A stretch of DNA of 64,000 nucleotides from Tubulanus polymorphus (Eukaryota > Animalia > Nemertea), in the NCBI RefSeq assembly GCF_964204645.1, contig NC_134029.1:2666001-2730000 (forward strand), in the 5' to 3' direction. Every line of letters begins with the position of its first letter. Within the stretch, counting starts at the first letter, position 1. The translations under genes and the position numbers were made by a program. Below are positions 61,498 through 64,000 of the stretch, piece after piece. The notes below the pieces were generated by a model. The model worked only from the letters and a program-made list of their open reading frames with translations. It had not been told where the DNA came from and did not search any database.

Positions 61498-63593
61498 AAT
61501 TCTTGTAGTAAACGAATCTAAACGAATGAGCGCTATTGTAATTCATTCTGTGTCACGTGTCATCGGAAACGTAACCTTTTCGATCACTTCAGAAGCGAGA
61601 GTCGCGTTATGCAATTCATGCCTTCGTTTCCATGTCCCGACTAATTAAATATGATTAATTAGCAACGAAAACTTCATCAACCAGGTACGCCGACGAACAT
61701 AATGGATACCGTCAGAAAATTAATTGAACCAATACGTCATATCCGGCGTCATATGAAATATACCGATACAGAATCGATTACTTTCAAATTCCCGGTTTCT
61801 ATATGATAACCGGTCACTGATTACCAGGGATAGGTCGTCGATTTATATCTAATGAAAATATATACAACTCTCAATATCGCGTCCCTAAAGCGTAATATTT
61901 TGTCTTTCTCGCGGTGGCCGTAAATCGAATTGGTTTTACTATCGCGTGTCGAGGTGATATTTTCCTCATTCGATTTTTATACGGTAGTCACGAAGTTACC
62001 ACGGCTTCGATCGTTCAGACCCGACGATGTTTAACGAATAGAAATACCCAGCTCCTTCCTGCGTCGGTTCTGAAGTGTTTGCGTGTCGCGTTTAGCAAGA
62101 AAATTGCGCTGCGCTGCTCACTTGATGATCACCCGGCTACAAGAAGAAAATCTGAGAGAAAAATTCGAACCAGATTTGTTTGAGAATGCGGCATCGCTTT
62201 ATCCTTATAATTACACATTGTCTGAATGTCAACGAAATCTAGAATGAAGAAGGTTATCATGGAAATATTAGTAAAACATAGCAGATCAATCCGTAATTCA
62301 CTTAAAAAGTTCTAGCTAACACCGCAAAACAACAGCACCCAGTTCAACAATTGTGAGTTAGGCTTTAAAGCTATGGAACTGCATCACTCACTGAATTGTC
62401 ACTATAGCTGTAAAATGGAAAACATATCTCTGAGTCGCAGAGTAGCAAATTGTCACTATAACTCTTACGAGTTACCAATGATCCACTTTCATATAATCAT
62501 TGTCGTCGCTGTAATGAAAAATACCCGTAATAAAATGTTGCACGACTGGCGTTAATTTACATGTGTAGTGCTTAACTTGATGTATTACTGATTAACAGTG
62601 CGGTATAAAAGTGATCAGCTCTTATAACAATGAAAGTCCACACATAGAAATAAATCATCTCTGTTCGCTACGTGTCTTCACCGAATTAGGCACCGATGAA
62701 TTGTTCATTGCAAAAACTTATACACAATCTAACGCATAACAGTTTGTTGTAATTATGTTGATTTATTGAAATAAACCGATGATTCTAAAATCAGCTTTTC
62801 TTCATCATTACATCATCACATCAGTATGCTGATCCAATACTGCAGCTCTAACTTCGCCTTAGATTCAAAGGTCCGCGCACCTCATCTTACGGGCGTCGCC
62901 GACCTGTGACTAAACTGTGAGATATGAATATAATTAAAACTATTACAATCTTCTATACAATAATGTTTAATTGTGTCTTACGAAATGCTTATTGCGATGG
63001 CGTTTATTTGCTTTAGTGTCTCCTATGAATTGAGAAATACGCATGTTTTACTATCTGGCCGAGCAATCCAGTTGACCCATTACTAAAACTTATAGTTCCT
63101 CGATCCGTTGACGAAACACTGTGTTTTAACGACGATTTGATAAAGTATTCCTATTAGTAATTCTGAAGATAACTATTCGGATCGGCGAGACGGTGAAGAA
63201 CTACTAGCTCAATAAAACTTTCGGATTTTACAATAATACTATCGCTGTTTGTACGAGTTCCGTTGATGACAATACGAGAGATTCAAGAAGCCGAGAGAGA
63301 CCAATATCAAGATTCGCTTTACGGTCTATCCACGGGATATAATACAATTCAGTGCCATTAATACAGCCGCGTCATAGAGAACCAAAAAATCTATCAGTGA
63401 TTTATAATTACTGCTGGTGTATTGGGCAGTATTGGCAGTAAAGGGTCGACCATCATCATTCATTCATGCTCGGTCAGTGCCGTAACAATGATAAATGAGG
63501 TAGGTACCATCGTGACGATATCCTACTCGACAGCACCTGTCAACCTTTATAACATGTAATAAACAGCAAGAACCGTGCTAAAGACGCTTATAC

Positions 63594-63594
<1 letters not shown>

Positions 63595-63672
<78 letters not shown>
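63595..63672. repeat. (CGG)26 microsatellite
   Basis: Read directly; explains the poly-Pro ORF. Confidence 0.96.
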
Positions 63673-63675
<3 letters not shown>

Positions 63676-64000
63676 CGGGTGCGACCAGAATCGACGGTGA
63701 AGGCTTTTATTGAAAACTGTCAGTTTCAATAGATACGCGTAATATAGAAAACGGAAACGGAAGAGTATTTAATTGCCTGATGTTAGAGTAGCTTCTATTG
63801 TCATCCGCGAGAACAGCAAAAAATGATTTTCAAGGTTCTATATGTGTATAGTCTTTCTAGTATCAGTAATAGAGAAGAGCCCGTTATTGTATTTTCTACA
63901 ATCTCTCGAAATGCTAACAATTTCCCCTAAAACAGTTAGGCTTTTAGTGAAAATGTATCGAAACGGCTTCGTGACGAAAATAATCTACATATTCGTTACC

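Noticed and set aside
63547-63729. Poly-Pro ORF
   Set aside because: Reading of the (CGG)n tract.

Overview
AT-rich, intron-containing animal (invertebrate-like) genomic DNA, not prokaryotic; most entries in the ORF track are exon fragments or noise. Hand-splicing on GT-AG phase gives, left to right: a DEG/ENaC-family channel (+, ~577-4325, one GC-AG intron); a DRAM/TMEM150-family membrane protein (+, 4883-7526); an ADAMTS-like (THSD4/ADAMTSL4-type) gene (+, 10269-31129) with an intronless NHL-repeat gene nested antisense in an intron; PSMA4 (-, 33187-36116) head-to-head with TBCK (+, 37130-43962); and a small TIMP/NTR-domain gene (+, 51119-53723) that the ORF track misses entirely. The TIMP locus is the most unusual. 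It encodes only the N-terminal inhibitory domain, ends in a GPI-signal-like hydrophobic tail, and has two alternative 109-nt first coding exons giving different mature N-termini (C-K-C versus C-S-S). A Merlin-type transposon relic with TIRs and a perfect 8-bp TSD sits between the two first exons, 29 bp upstream of the second ATG. Also present are several MITEs with clean TSDs, a 33-bp minisatellite and long microsatellites. All gene models are manual and lack transcript support.
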